From: Candidatus Krumholzibacteriia bacterium | Lineage (GTDB): Bacteria > Krumholzibacteriota > Krumholzibacteriia > JAJRXK01 | DNA length: 64,000 nucleotides | Direction: 5' to 3' | NCBI GenBank assembly: GCA_041484665.1 | Contig: JBGPIA010000003.1 | Coordinates: 192,001-256,000 of the forward strand | Shown: in pieces, positions 19,486 through 30,076 of the stretch | Layout of the letters: each line of letters begins with the position of its first letter | How positions within the stretch are numbered: position 1 is the stretch's first letter | Notes under the pieces: generated by a model | What the model was told of the DNA's origin: nothing | The model's input: only the letters and a program-made list of their open reading frames with translations | Databases searched by the model: none | Program-made: the position numbers and the translations under genes

Positions 19486-22131
19486 TCAGCGATCCAACGC
19501 TGCCTGGGCCGCTGCCAGGATCGCGATCGGAACCCGGTAGGGAGAGCAGCTAACATAATCCAGGCCAGCCTGGTGGAAGAAGCGTACCGAGCTGGGGTCG
19601 CCGCCGTGCTCGCCGCAGACCCCGATCTTCAGACCCGGTTTGGCGGCGCGTCCCTTCGCCACGGCCATCGCCACCAGCTGTCCGATCCCCTCCTGGTCGA
19701 GCGCCTGGAACGGCTCCGCGGGCAGGATGCCCTTCTCCACGTACATCGGGAGAAACGTCCCGGCGTCGTCGCGGCTGAAGCCGAAGCCCATCTGCGTGAG
19801 GTCGTTGGTCCCGAAGCTGAAGAAGTCGGCGACCGCGGCGATCGCATCCGCGACCAGGCAGGCCCTTGGGATCTCGATCATCGTGCCCACCAGGTAAGGG
19901 ATCTGCTCCCGCTCCTCCCGCAGCACCTGCTCCGCGCGCTCGATGGTCTGTTCGCGCAGGATCGAGAGCTCCTTGGTGATCCCCACCAGCGGGATCATGA
20001 TCTCCGGTACCGGCTGCAGGCCCTCGCGCTTGACCTCGATCGCGGCGCGCAGGATGGCCTCGACCTGCATGAGGTAGATCTCCGGATAGGTGATCCCCAA
20101 GCGGCAGCCGCGGTGCCCAAGCATCGGATTGAATTCCTCCAACGCCTCCACGATCGCGTGCATGTGCGTTCCATCGATGCGCAACTCGCCCGCAAGGCGT
20201 TCGATCTCGTCCTCCGCCTGCGGGAGGAACTCGTGCAGCGGTGGATCGAGCAGGCGGATGGTCACCGGCAGCCCGGTCATGGCACGGAAGATCCCCTTGA
20301 AGTCCTCTTTCTGGAACGGGAGCAGCTTCGCCAGCGCGCGCTCCCGCTGCTCGCGCGTGCGGGCCACGATCATCTCGCGCATGGGTCCGATGCGCTCTTC
20401 GCCGAAGAACATGTGCTCGGTCCGGCAGAGGCCGATGCCCTGGGCGCCGAAGCGCCGGGCCAGCTCGCTGTCCTCTGGCGTGTCGGAGTTGGCACGTACC
20501 TCGAGGCGGCGGTACTCGTTGGCCCATTCAATGAGCTGCTCGAAGTTTGCGTCCACCTTGGGGGCGATGGTGGGCACGCGCCCCTCCAGCACCTCGCCCG
20601 TATTGCCGTTGAGCGTGATCACGTCGCCGCGGCGGAAGGTCTTGCCGCCCAGGGTCATCGTGCCGGCCGCCTCGTCCAGGCGGAGCTCGCCGCATCCGGC
20701 AACGCAGCACTTGCCCATGCCGCGCGCCACCACTGCGGCGTGGCTCGTCATGCCGCCGCGCTGGGTCAGGATGGCGGCGGCGGCAACCATGCCGCGGATG
20801 TCCTCGGGGCTGGTCTCCTTGCGCACAAGGATCACCACGCGTTTGGCCTCCGCGGCTGCCACGGCCTCCGCCGCGGAGAAGACGATCTCGCCGCCGGCCG
20901 CGCCCGGACTGGCGGGCAGCCCCTTGCCCAGCACCGTCACGTGCGCTGCGGGGTCGACCGTGGGGTGCAGCAGTTGATCGAGCTGCTCGGGTGAGACGCG
21001 CCGCAGCGCGGTTGGCTTGTCCAGCAGCCCCTCGCGCACCATCTCCACGGCCGCGCGGACCGCCGAGCGGCCCGCCCGCTTGCCGGAGCGCACCTGCAGC
21101 ATCCAGAGCTTGCCGCGCTCGATGGTGAACTCGATGTCGAGCAGATCGCGGTAGTGCCGCTCCAACTTGCCGACGATCTGCACGAACTGCTGGTAGACCA
21201 CGGGCATCACGTCTTGCAGGGCGCGGTCCTCCCCGGGCTGACGGCGGATGTGGCGCGGCGTGCGCACGCCGGCCACCACGTCCTCGCCCTGGGCGTTGAC
21301 GAGGTACTCGCCGTACAGCTGGTTCTCACCGGTGGCCGGATCGCGGCTGAAGGCGACCCCGGTGGCGCAGTCCTCCCCCATGTTCCCGAACACCATGGCC
21401 TGCACGTTGACGGCCGTTCCCCACTCGTCGGAGTAGCCGTGGAGGCGCCGATACGCGATGGCGCGATCGTTGTTCCAGCTGCGGAACACCGCGCGCACGG
21501 CCTCCCACAGCTGCTCCCATGGGTCCTGGGGAAACTCCCGGCCATGGTGCTCGCGGACGATCTGCTTGTAGGTGACGATCAGCTGCGCCAGGTCGTCCTG
21601 GTCCAGCTCGGTGTCCAGGTGGACCCCCTTGCGCTCCTTCAGCTGCTCCAGCACCCCCTCGAACCGATTCTTCTCCACCCCCAGCACCACGTCGCCGAAC
21701 ATCTGGATCAGGCGCCGGTAGCTGTCGTTGGCGAAGCGCGGGTTGTCGGTGGCTTTCGCCAGCCCCTGCACCGTGACGTCGTTGAGTCCCAGGTTGAGCA
21801 CCGTGTCCATCATGCCGGGCATGGACACGCGCGCGCCCGAGCGCACCGACACCAGGAGCGGGTGCTGCGGGTCGCAGAAGCGCCGGCCCATGATCGCCTC
21901 CACGCGGGCCATCGCCTCCTTGACCACCGGCCCCAGGCGCGCGAACAGCTCGTCGGCCCGGCCGCGATCGAAGTCGGTGCAAGCTTCCGTGGAGATCGTG
22001 AACCCGGGGGGGACCGGCAGCCCCAGATTGGTCATCTCCGCCAGGTTCGCTCCCTTGCCGCCCAACAGCTCGCGCTGCGTCGCGTTGCCATCCGCCTTGC
22101 CCTCGCCGAAGAAGTAGACCATTCGGGACAC
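19486..22131 (-). CDS. ppdK: Pyruvate, phosphate dikinase
   Basis: LLGGKGANLAEM, LLVSVRSGA, GGMTSHAAVVAR (phospho-His), GIGLCRTEHMFF, FSFGTNDLTQ, CGEHGGDP. Confidence 0.97.
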   Translation of the reverse strand: MSRMVYFFGEGKADGNATQRELLGGKGANLAEMTNLGLPVPPGFTISTEACTDFDRGRADELFARLGPVVKEAMARVEAIMGRRFCDPQHPLLVSVRSGARVSMPGMMDTVLNLGLNDVTVQGLAKATDNPRFANDSYRRLIQMFGDVVLGVEKNRFEGVLEQLKERKGVHLDTELDQDDLAQLIVTYKQIVREHHGREFPQDPWEQLWEAVRAVFRSWNNDRAIAYRRLHGYSDEWGTAVNVQAMVFGNMGEDCATGVAFSRDPATGENQLYGEYLVNAQGEDVVAGVRTPRHIRRQPGEDRALQDVMPVVYQQFVQIVGKLERHYRDLLDIEFTIERGKLWMLQVRSGKRAGRSAVRAAVEMVREGLLDKPTALRRVSPEQLDQLLHPTVDPAAHVTVLGKGLPASPGAAGGEIVFSAAEAVAAAEAKRVVILVRKETSPEDIRGMVAAAAILTQRGGMTSHAAVVARGMGKCCVAGCGELRLDEAAGTMTLGGKTFRRGDVITLNGNTGEVLEGRVPTIAPKVDANFEQLIEWANEYRRLEVRANSDTPEDSELARRFGAQGIGLCRTEHMFFGEERIGPMREMIVARTREQRERALAKLLPFQKEDFKGIFRAMTGLPVTIRLLDPPLHEFLPQAEDEIERLAGELRIDGTHMHAIVEALEEFNPMLGHRGCRLGITYPEIYLMQVEAILRAAIEVKREGLQPVPEIMIPLVGITKELSILREQTIERAEQVLREEREQIPYLVGTMIEIPRACLVADAIAAVADFFSFGTNDLTQMGFGFSRDDAGTFLPMYVEKGILPAEPFQALDQEGIGQLVAMAVAKGRAAKPGLKIGVCGEHGGDPSSVRFFHQAGLDYVSCSPYRVPIAILAAAQAALDR

Positions 22132-22208
22132 GTCATCGACCTTTCGCTGTGAGGCGCATGGGGATCGAGGCCTCGGGCTTGCAGGTAAGCCGCCAAAACG
22201 GCGCGCCA

Positions 22209-22237
22209 ACGATAGGACCGGCGCGGCGAGCTGTCAA
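22209..22237 (-). promoter_or_regulatory. Sigma70-type promoter for ppdK
   Basis: TTGACA-N17-TATCGT on the minus strand. Confidence 0.7.
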
Positions 22238-22566
22238 AAGCGCGACCGGTGGGCGCCGGAACCTCCGCAAGGGCCGGCGTTGTCGCCAGGCGAAGAGCTC
22301 ACCGGCCAGGCCCGGCGGTGCGAGCTGGAACTCCAAGAGGCCCTGATGCCGGCCCGGTGACGGGCAGCGCCGGGTCAGGCGTCGCCAGTGGGGACCATGC
22401 CCGCGCCCCCCACCATGAGAATCACAGATCGCGCGCGGGCGATGCGCGACCCCGTCGGGGACCACGACCTCCAGGGGGGCGTACTGCACGTTGCGGTGCG
22501 TTGCGTACGGGGAGTCCTCGTGGGGATCCGCCATGCGCCGCTCCGCGTGGTCCTCTCTGGACCCGC

Positions 22567-25032
22567 CTAACGGATGATGGTCAGGCGACCGAAGAGCTCC
22601 TCGCCGGCCGAGTTGGTGATGCGATAGATATAGACCCCGCTGGCCACCGACTCGCCGGATTCATTGCGTGTATCCCACTCGATGTTGCCGCGCGCGGCGC
22701 CCCCGGCCGTCACGTTGGCCAACTGGCGAACCAGATCCCCCGCTACGGTGAAGATCTCGCACTTCGCTCCCGGCGTGACGTTGAAGAAGCGGAGTGTGGA
22801 TTGGTCGCCCACGTCCCATCCGCCCTGGCGTCGCAGCGGGTTGGGCACCACGAACACGCCCTTGAGGTCGTTGGCCGGGTCCAGGTTGACCTGGAACTTC
22901 GTCTGGTTCGAATTCACCGCGCCCGGCACGGGCGAGCAGCCCAAAAACGGCTCCGACTGCGGCGAGTTCTCGTCTGCGCCGCGCGGGCTGAACGTCATTT
23001 CGCGGGCCAGCGAGGTGGGAAAGACGTTCCCGCTGTAGCCGTAGTCGAACGTGGAGACTGCGTAGTAGTACGTGAACCCGTTGTAGATGTCGCGGTCGAA
23101 GAACGACACGGAATCGCGGCCGAAGAACGTGAAACAGGCCGCGCGCTTGTCGGCGAAGCAGCCCGGGATGCGGCGCGGGAACTGCGCGTCGCACGGATCG
23201 GCGAAGCAGGACTCGGGGTTGGTCCGATCGTAGAGGCCGATGAGCTGCATCGTGTCGGGCCGCGGCGTGCGGCTGCGCCACACGGTGTAGCCCTGGTAGG
23301 TCTGGGCACGGACCACGAAGAGACTGTCATCCGGTGCGACGGGACCATCGTCGAAGCGGACCTTCAGGCCGAGCTCGAGGCCGAGCTTGTCCGGGTCCGT
23401 GTCGGGAGGTGGTCGGTAGGTGCGCGACAGGAGCACCGCCGTGCCGGCCCGGTAGACACCGCCGTTCTCCGTTCCCAACAGGAGCACTCCTGGCTGCTCA
23501 GGGTGCCACACCATCTTCGTCAGGTCGCTGTTCGTCAGGCCGCTGCCCCACGGGTCCCAGCCCGCGCCGCCATTGACGGAGCGGATCAGCCCCCGAGTCT
23601 CCGTCGCGGCGTAGATCACGCTGGGATCGGCCGCATCCTGCAGGATCGAGGGCAGGGCGGCGCTGCTGTCCGGCAGGCCCGCGCTGATGTTGGTCCACAC
23701 GTTGCCGAAGTCGACCGTGCGGAAGAGACCACGGCTCGTGGTACCCGCCAGGAGCACGTTGGGCGCGGTGGCATCCACCATGATCGCGGTTGGCTCCGCG
23801 GCGCGACCGTTGGAAAACCCGAGGCTCGGGCACTCGACCATCCCCTGATTCGCCCGCGCCCAGGTCAGGCCGCCGTCGGCGCTCTTGTAGACACCCCAGG
23901 TCTGCAGGCCCGCGTAGAGCTGACTGGGATTGGTCGGGTCGGCCACCATCGTGGTCACGATGGGCGTCCGCCGGGTCGTGTCGTTGGGGCAGACCACACC
24001 GTTGACGACGATGGGCACGTGGAACTCCTGCAACGTGAGCCGGGTCCAGGTGGAGCCGTCGTCGCTGCTACGGAAGAGCCCCAGCCCACGCAGGCAGGCG
24101 AACGATGTCCCCCCGGCGTACCCGAGGAAACTCACCTGCTGGATCGCACTCTGCGAGGGAAGCGTCGCGTCGACGACGAGCTTGGACCAGTGGACTCCGC
24201 CGTCGTTCGAGCGGTGGACGCCATCGTTGGTGCTGCCCAGCAGCACCAGATCGGGGTTGCCCGGAGACACGGCCAGCGCCACCGGGGCGAATGATGCCTG
24301 CACCGGCGCGCCGGGCAGCTTTGGATCGAGCGCGATCGTCCAGGCGATTGCGGTGTCGCTGGCCCGCACATCGGCACGCGCGAGCATGGTGCCGCTGTTC
24401 CCGGTGACCGCGGCGTACACGCGCGAGGCGCGCGCGTCAGGCGATTTCCATGTGGCCAGGGCCCGCACGTTGGTGTGGGGGAACAGATACGGCGGGATCC
24501 CGTTGTTCACCTGCTGCGCCTGCGCGGTGCCCGTGGCGACGAGGAAGAGCCCGCCCGAGTCGCTCACGTTGATCTTGCCGGTGAGGGCGCCGCTGATCCG
24601 CCCGGGCTGGCTGTCCATGTTGTTCCAGCTGATGACGAGCGTGCTTTGGGTGGGGTCACCGATCGTGCCGGCACCCTCGGCCGCGAACTTGAGCTGGCGG
24701 TCCACCAAATCGCGGTAGGCCCCCTCCAGCACCGGGTTGAATGGCGGGAGTACTGGAGGGTTGCGCAGCGAGCGAATCGATGCGCACGTTCCCACCGAAT
24801 CGGGCAAAGGGGTCCAGGTCAGCAGATTGCCTTGGACGCTGCGGCGCTCGAAACGGATATGCAACCCCTGTGGCGCACGCAATGCGAGCGTGTCGCCGTC
24901 GCAATCGTAGTTGCAGCTTCCGGACTGGGCGCCCGCCGCCCCGGCCCAGACCGCCAGTGCCGCCGCCGCGGCCGCCGCCCCCTTCGCGAACCCCCGGCTC
25001 CCGCCCCTTCGAACCAGCGTCGACCTCTTCAC
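22567..25032 (-). CDS. Secreted BNR/Asp-box beta-propeller protein with FlgD-Ig/T9SS-like C-terminal domain
   Basis: Asp-boxes RSNDGGVHW, RSSDDGSTW, KSADGGLTW, RTVDFGNVW, RSVNGGAGW; YYYAVSTFD; VFVVPNP...WDTRNESGESVASGVYIY. Confidence 0.82.
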   Translation of the reverse strand: MKRSTLVRRGGSRGFAKGAAAAAAALAVWAGAAGAQSGSCNYDCDGDTLALRAPQGLHIRFERRSVQGNLLTWTPLPDSVGTCASIRSLRNPPVLPPFNPVLEGAYRDLVDRQLKFAAEGAGTIGDPTQSTLVISWNNMDSQPGRISGALTGKINVSDSGGLFLVATGTAQAQQVNNGIPPYLFPHTNVRALATWKSPDARASRVYAAVTGNSGTMLARADVRASDTAIAWTIALDPKLPGAPVQASFAPVALAVSPGNPDLVLLGSTNDGVHRSNDGGVHWSKLVVDATLPSQSAIQQVSFLGYAGGTSFACLRGLGLFRSSDDGSTWTRLTLQEFHVPIVVNGVVCPNDTTRRTPIVTTMVADPTNPSQLYAGLQTWGVYKSADGGLTWARANQGMVECPSLGFSNGRAAEPTAIMVDATAPNVLLAGTTSRGLFRTVDFGNVWTNISAGLPDSSAALPSILQDAADPSVIYAATETRGLIRSVNGGAGWDPWGSGLTNSDLTKMVWHPEQPGVLLLGTENGGVYRAGTAVLLSRTYRPPPDTDPDKLGLELGLKVRFDDGPVAPDDSLFVVRAQTYQGYTVWRSRTPRPDTMQLIGLYDRTNPESCFADPCDAQFPRRIPGCFADKRAACFTFFGRDSVSFFDRDIYNGFTYYYAVSTFDYGYSGNVFPTSLAREMTFSPRGADENSPQSEPFLGCSPVPGAVNSNQTKFQVNLDPANDLKGVFVVPNPLRRQGGWDVGDQSTLRFFNVTPGAKCEIFTVAGDLVRQLANVTAGGAARGNIEWDTRNESGESVASGVYIYRITNSAGEELFGRLTIIR

Positions 25033-25105
25033 GCCGCCCCCCTGTTCGACCTTGTGCCCATTGCCGTCCAGTGCCCCTGCCGCGCAGTCCGCCACGCCCC
25101 CCGCC

Positions 25106-27415
25106 CTACTGCGCCGGGATCTGCCACCGCTCGCGCAGGATCCACAAGAGCGAGCTGCGCACCGTCGCCTGGTCGAAGGCCAGCGGGTGGAAGCCCCACA
25201 GGAAATCCTCCGAGCCCGCCAGCGGCTTGCTCAGCGCGTAGGCCGTGCTCACGATCCCGATGGGCGCCAGGTCGAGCTTGGACTTCAGGAGGTGCTTTGG
25301 GTAGCAATTGGTATCCGCGAACGCGACGCAGCCCTCGTCGCGGCGGGCGCGCATGCGGTACATCGTCTGCTGGCAGTCGCGCAAGTTGAGGGCGACGTCG
25401 CGCGATGTCGTGTTGACGTTGTAGAACTCCTCGTGCTCGAACTGGAAGTCCCCTTTGCGATTAATGAAGTTCTGGCACGAACGATCGGCGCCGGACAGCA
25501 GGTCGACCACCTCGCCGTTGGCGCTGGGGTAGCTGGCCAGGAATTGGGGGTCGACCACCGCCTTGTAGATCCCGTCGCAGTTGAGCGTGCGGAGCTGCTT
25601 GCCGATGCCCGAATCTTCGTTGTAGATCTGCTGGGGCGCCGGGCGGATGACGTCGATCAGCTCCACACAGAATCCCGTATAGGGGTAGCGGAGCGTGCCG
25701 CGGTTGAACTTCGAGCCGTCGGCCGCGGTCTCCTGACCGAAGCCGTCCTGGCCGGGGCCGTCCGACACGTTGAAGATGATGGGATAGACCCACTGCGGCG
25801 GCGTGGCCACCGGCTCGTACTCGATGGTGTTGAACGCCGACTGTGGCCCGCACATGAGCACATTGCCCACGCGCGCCTGGTAGACCTCGAACCAGTTGTA
25901 CCTCGGCAACAGGGTGGTGATGGGCGCCAGCGCGAGGTGGAATTGCGTGTTGTGGTTGGCGCCGCTGCTGAAGTAGATGACCGACTTGTAGTTGTTCAGC
26001 CGCCGGAAGACGAACCCCCCCGTCTCGACGTGCGTGTCCAGCCGGTCGGCGCCAGGGTCGAAGTTGCTCACCCGCCCCACGAGCAGGTTGTCCCAGCGCT
26101 GTTTCCACTCGCGATGGCGGGCGATTTCCGGCTGCGTCTCGGTGTGGGGCCAGTCCTCCACCAGGAGCAGGTCGCGCTGGTTCTGGCGCTGTGCGATCTG
26201 AATCACGTCGAACTGGAAGATCCCGCGCACGATGGTGCCGGAGTTGTCGCGTGCCTGGACCACGAAGTTGGGTGTGCCCTGGCTGAAGGACTTGGGTCCC
26301 GCCCGGCGGAACAGCGGTCCCTCGCCCCACCCCACCGCCCAGCCGGGATCGTTGGGATCGTTGACGTCCTGCACCTCCCATCCGAAGCGGTAGGCGTCGA
26401 TCACGCCGGCGTACTGGCTGGCATCGGCCCGCCACTCGAACCGCAGCGGCTGCCCGGACACGATCTCGAACAGCTGCAGCCCGTTGGCGCTGCTGAACTG
26501 GAAGCTGCCCAGGAACTTCTCGGTCACCGTGAGCACGGGCTTCTGCGTGTCGCTGATCTGGACGTGGCGGACGTTGACGCCCCACTCGAAGGTCGGCGTC
26601 ACGGCTCCGGCTCCGTCCTGGGCCTGCACCGCGAAGAAGAAGTTCTGGAGCAGGGCTTGCCGCGCGAGCGTGATCGTCTTGCCGCTGTCCTGCGGCGCGT
26701 CGTAGCGCAGCCAGGGGCCCCATGCGCTCTCGGGCACCTGGGCCAGCGGGTTCTCCCGGTCGAACTGGGTCTTGGTCCAGCAATGGTCGGTCGGGTAGAG
26801 CAGGTAGCGTACGAATTCCGGCTCCAGATTCTCCGAGTCAGGGTCCTTCCCCAGCCAGCCAAAAGTCAGCACGCGCGCCGACAATTGGCAGGCCGTGACC
26901 GTCTGCGCCGGCGGCACGTTGATCTCGATGGTCGGGGTAAGCGTGGTGGCCGTGAAGCTCACCGTCGCCGGCGTCGGGTCGCGGGCACCGTCGTTGTCCA
27001 CGGCGCGCAGGAAGAACGTGTGGGTATCCCAGGCGCGGTAATCGCGCGGACCTTGCCTGGGATCGTTGACGTCGACGTTGAAGGAGTCGATATCGGCTTT
27101 GACGACGAAGCTCGAGTCGGTGACGGCCGTGCGATGCCACGCCAGCGACGACGTGTCGGCCACGTCCACGTGCCCGTCGCGACCGTTGTTGCTGATCCGC
27201 CACTCGAAGTACGAGACCTCGCCGTCCAGGTCGGAGCCCGTCCAGAAGAAGTGGACGGTGAAGTTCGTCTGCCCCAGCACCGGCGGCACGGCGGTCACCC
27301 GGCTGTCCGGCGGGGAGTTGGGGACAAGATCGCCATCGGGGGTGGTGCTGGCGCAGCCCAACGCCGCCGCTGCCAGCACGGCCAGCACGCCGGCGATCCA
27401 CGGTTTGGTCATCAT
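25106..27415 (-). CDS. Large lipoprotein with FN3/Ig-like repeats (paralogue of 27488..29710)
   Basis: GGAGGTG RBS; lipobox ALGC; NSPPDS...FFWTGSDLDGEVSYFEW...FFLRAVDNDGARDPTPA. Confidence 0.8.
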   Translation of the reverse strand: MMTKPWIAGVLAVLAAAALGCASTTPDGDLVPNSPPDSRVTAVPPVLGQTNFTVHFFWTGSDLDGEVSYFEWRISNNGRDGHVDVADTSSLAWHRTAVTDSSFVVKADIDSFNVDVNDPRQGPRDYRAWDTHTFFLRAVDNDGARDPTPATVSFTATTLTPTIEINVPPAQTVTACQLSARVLTFGWLGKDPDSENLEPEFVRYLLYPTDHCWTKTQFDRENPLAQVPESAWGPWLRYDAPQDSGKTITLARQALLQNFFFAVQAQDGAGAVTPTFEWGVNVRHVQISDTQKPVLTVTEKFLGSFQFSSANGLQLFEIVSGQPLRFEWRADASQYAGVIDAYRFGWEVQDVNDPNDPGWAVGWGEGPLFRRAGPKSFSQGTPNFVVQARDNSGTIVRGIFQFDVIQIAQRQNQRDLLLVEDWPHTETQPEIARHREWKQRWDNLLVGRVSNFDPGADRLDTHVETGGFVFRRLNNYKSVIYFSSGANHNTQFHLALAPITTLLPRYNWFEVYQARVGNVLMCGPQSAFNTIEYEPVATPPQWVYPIIFNVSDGPGQDGFGQETAADGSKFNRGTLRYPYTGFCVELIDVIRPAPQQIYNEDSGIGKQLRTLNCDGIYKAVVDPQFLASYPSANGEVVDLLSGADRSCQNFINRKGDFQFEHEEFYNVNTTSRDVALNLRDCQQTMYRMRARRDEGCVAFADTNCYPKHLLKSKLDLAPIGIVSTAYALSKPLAGSEDFLWGFHPLAFDQATVRSSLLWILRERWQIPAQ

Positions 27416-27487
27416 GACTCGAGCACCTCCACTTGCGCTGCGCAAGCGGCGCCGCGGGGCAGGGCCGCGGCGCCGCGAACGGTCCAC

Positions 27488-29710
27488 TCAGTTCGGCTGG
27501 CAGCCGGGGTCGTCTTGTGGTCCGTACCCCGGCCAGAGCTCCACGCGCTGGCCGGTGGCCGGATCCTCGATCCCCAGCAGAATCGTGAAATGGGCGACTG
27601 CTTCGTTCGTCTGCCGCCCGAGATCGGGCATCGTGCTGCTTTCGAATTGCGGGGTGCCGGACGGGCGGACCGTGAGCGGGTAGTGGGGGAATCTCGAGCC
27701 GGCGCCGGTCGTCTTCCCGATGACCTCCAGGGTCATGCTCCCCAGCTCCAGGCGTAGGGCACACCCCTGTCCGCGAAAGCTCGGGCTGGTGGGGCCGTCC
27801 GGGTCATAGTACCGCAGCAGCGTCGGGCTCCACAGCAGGTCGGGGATGAAGATCTGCACCCCGTTCGCGGCGCTCAGATCCAGACGGTTGAGCTCCGAGG
27901 ATGGGTTGAAGAAGTCGATGTTGTCGCGGCCGCCGCCCTCCTTGAGGAGGTTGTCGGGGTCGCGGTCCGAGTAGAGCGCGTACGCCCAGGAGCGGATCGC
28001 GCCGGCGATCCTGATGTTGTCGGTCAGCGGATCTGGATAGGGCTCACGCGGGTGGTTGGCGCCCTCGAAGACCAGCGAGTACGTGAAGATCGTGCCGGTG
28101 ACCGGCTCCAATCCTGGCCCGGCGCTGGGCAGGTAGCGTCGCGCCGAGTTGTCCCAGTAGAGCGTCTTGGCGGTCTGCGTGGTGTACGGCACGTGGTTGT
28201 CCGGCCAGCGCGACGCGAAGGGCGACTGCGGCCACTTCAGGATCAGCGAGTCGCCTTCGGTGGGCTGCACCCGCGTCATGCGCGGGCGAAAGCCGCCGAT
28301 GAAGCCGATCGTAGCGGGCGTGGGGTCGGGCCGCCCCAGCTCATCCTTGGTCCGGCCGTTGAACGTATAATCGAACGGACCGACGAAGAAACCGAGGGTG
28401 TCGGGGCGGGCCGACTCGTTGAATCCGTCGCGGAACTGCTGGAGAGATCCACGCTGGTCGCGGCCGAAATACTCCAGCTCGGCCTGAAAGGTCACCGCTG
28501 TGTCCGCCAGCGTCTTATCGCAGCAGAAATCCGGACCCAGGCCCGGACGGCCCTCGTACCGATCGAAGCCAGTGATGCGCACGATGGCATATGAGCCGGC
28601 GGGGATGGTGTCCCCGGGCGCAAACGTGCAGACCGTATAGCCCCCTTGTCCGTCCGGCACGCGGTATTGCGGAAAGGCGTACGGTGCCTCCGCCAATGTC
28701 GCGACCGTCTCGCAGCTCAGCGGCAGCGGCGGCGGCGGGATGAACGACTCGGGCGGGTAGTTCAGCTCGAAGGCGAACTCGCCGGAGTTGCGGGTGTTCT
28801 CCACGAGCGCGACGTCCTGGACCACGACCTTGAGCACGTGCGGGCCGCTCTCCCAGCGCAGCTTCTCGGGGCAGTCGGGGCCGAAGTCGCATCCGGACGT
28901 CCCGGGCCCGGTCGGCGTGTCGTTCTCGTAGACGAACGAGGTGACGGGCCCGAAGATCGCCAGCCCGGATTGTGGATCACGGGGGAAGAACTCGGCGTTG
29001 GCGTCCTGGCTCGCCAGGTACTTGTAACCGAGGATCTCGCCGTTGGGCGAGCTGGCCTCCCATGAGATCATGAACTTCTGCGCGAACCCGATGAACGGGC
29101 GCAGCGTCTGCTCCGGGGTGCCCGCAATGGGGCTGAACGCGTTTCCCGTCCAGCGCAGACGCCACTGGCCGTTCTCGAACGTCGAGACCCGGAAGACGAG
29201 CTGCGGATTGCCCAGGCTGTTGTTGAAGAAATGCAGTCGGGCCGGGCTGGCGTCGCAGCCTCCCCGGTCGTCGACGGCGACGATGTGGAAGGTGACGTCC
29301 TTGCTGTCCGTGGCGCCGCGGTCGACCGTGAAGACGAACACCGAGTCGGACTTGTCCGTATAGCCCACCACGCGCCCTTGGATGATACGCGTCGTCGTGA
29401 TGTCGTCGCACGGGTCGAAGCGGCTCTCCTCCTCGTCGACGTCGGGCGTATTCCGATCCTGGGCCGTGGAGTCGGTGATCGCCCAGATGTAGCGCACCAC
29501 GTCGCCGTCGGCGTCGGTCCCGTACCAATACAGGTGCCGGCGGAAGATCCCGCCGGTCGTCTCGGCCGGAGCGCCCGTCAGAAAGGTGTCGGGCGGCAGA
29601 TTCACGATCACGGGCTCCGGATTGAAGGCCCTGCATCCGAACAGCAGCGCCAGCGTGAGCAGGGCGCCCAGTCCGACCCCTGCGAGGACAGACTCGTTTC
29701 GGCGCGTCAT
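27488..29710 (-). CDS. Large lipoprotein with FN3/Ig-like repeats
   Basis: Lipobox LFGC; NLPPDT...LYWYGTDADGDVVRYIW...FHIVAVDDRGGCDASPA; second DELGRPDPTPA motif. Confidence 0.8.
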   Translation of the reverse strand: MTRRNESVLAGVGLGALLTLALLFGCRAFNPEPVIVNLPPDTFLTGAPAETTGGIFRRHLYWYGTDADGDVVRYIWAITDSTAQDRNTPDVDEEESRFDPCDDITTTRIIQGRVVGYTDKSDSVFVFTVDRGATDSKDVTFHIVAVDDRGGCDASPARLHFFNNSLGNPQLVFRVSTFENGQWRLRWTGNAFSPIAGTPEQTLRPFIGFAQKFMISWEASSPNGEILGYKYLASQDANAEFFPRDPQSGLAIFGPVTSFVYENDTPTGPGTSGCDFGPDCPEKLRWESGPHVLKVVVQDVALVENTRNSGEFAFELNYPPESFIPPPPLPLSCETVATLAEAPYAFPQYRVPDGQGGYTVCTFAPGDTIPAGSYAIVRITGFDRYEGRPGLGPDFCCDKTLADTAVTFQAELEYFGRDQRGSLQQFRDGFNESARPDTLGFFVGPFDYTFNGRTKDELGRPDPTPATIGFIGGFRPRMTRVQPTEGDSLILKWPQSPFASRWPDNHVPYTTQTAKTLYWDNSARRYLPSAGPGLEPVTGTIFTYSLVFEGANHPREPYPDPLTDNIRIAGAIRSWAYALYSDRDPDNLLKEGGGRDNIDFFNPSSELNRLDLSAANGVQIFIPDLLWSPTLLRYYDPDGPTSPSFRGQGCALRLELGSMTLEVIGKTTGAGSRFPHYPLTVRPSGTPQFESSTMPDLGRQTNEAVAHFTILLGIEDPATGQRVELWPGYGPQDDPGCQPN

Positions 29711-29835
29711 GGTCACCCCACGACCCCCCCTGGTTCCCGTCAACGGCCAGGCACGATTTGAAGAGGTACTGGCGAAAAGCGTCTCGGTGGGGACGAGATG
29801 CGGGTCGATCGTCTGAGCCGGCAAAAGGCGCTGGA

Positions 29836-29865
29836 AAGATAGGGGCTTGCCTTCGCGGCTGTCAA
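29836..29865 (-). promoter_or_regulatory. Sigma70-type promoter for the lipoprotein/BNR cluster
   Basis: TTGACA-N18-TATCTT. Confidence 0.65.
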
Positions 29866-30076
29866 TAGTGGGGTCCCCGGCGGCGGCCCCCCTGGGGAGG
29901 CGGCCGGGGTCCGGGGGCTCCCGCCGCGGGCCCATCCGAGGCACCCGCCGCCCCCGGCCGACACCCTAGCGGAGCGCGCGGCCGGGTCCCGGTCCGCGCC
30001 CCGGGCCCGGCCCTGGGTGCGGCGCCGCGCGCCGCCGCGGCTGGTGCGCGCGGATCCGGCGCCAGAGGGGCGCCGA

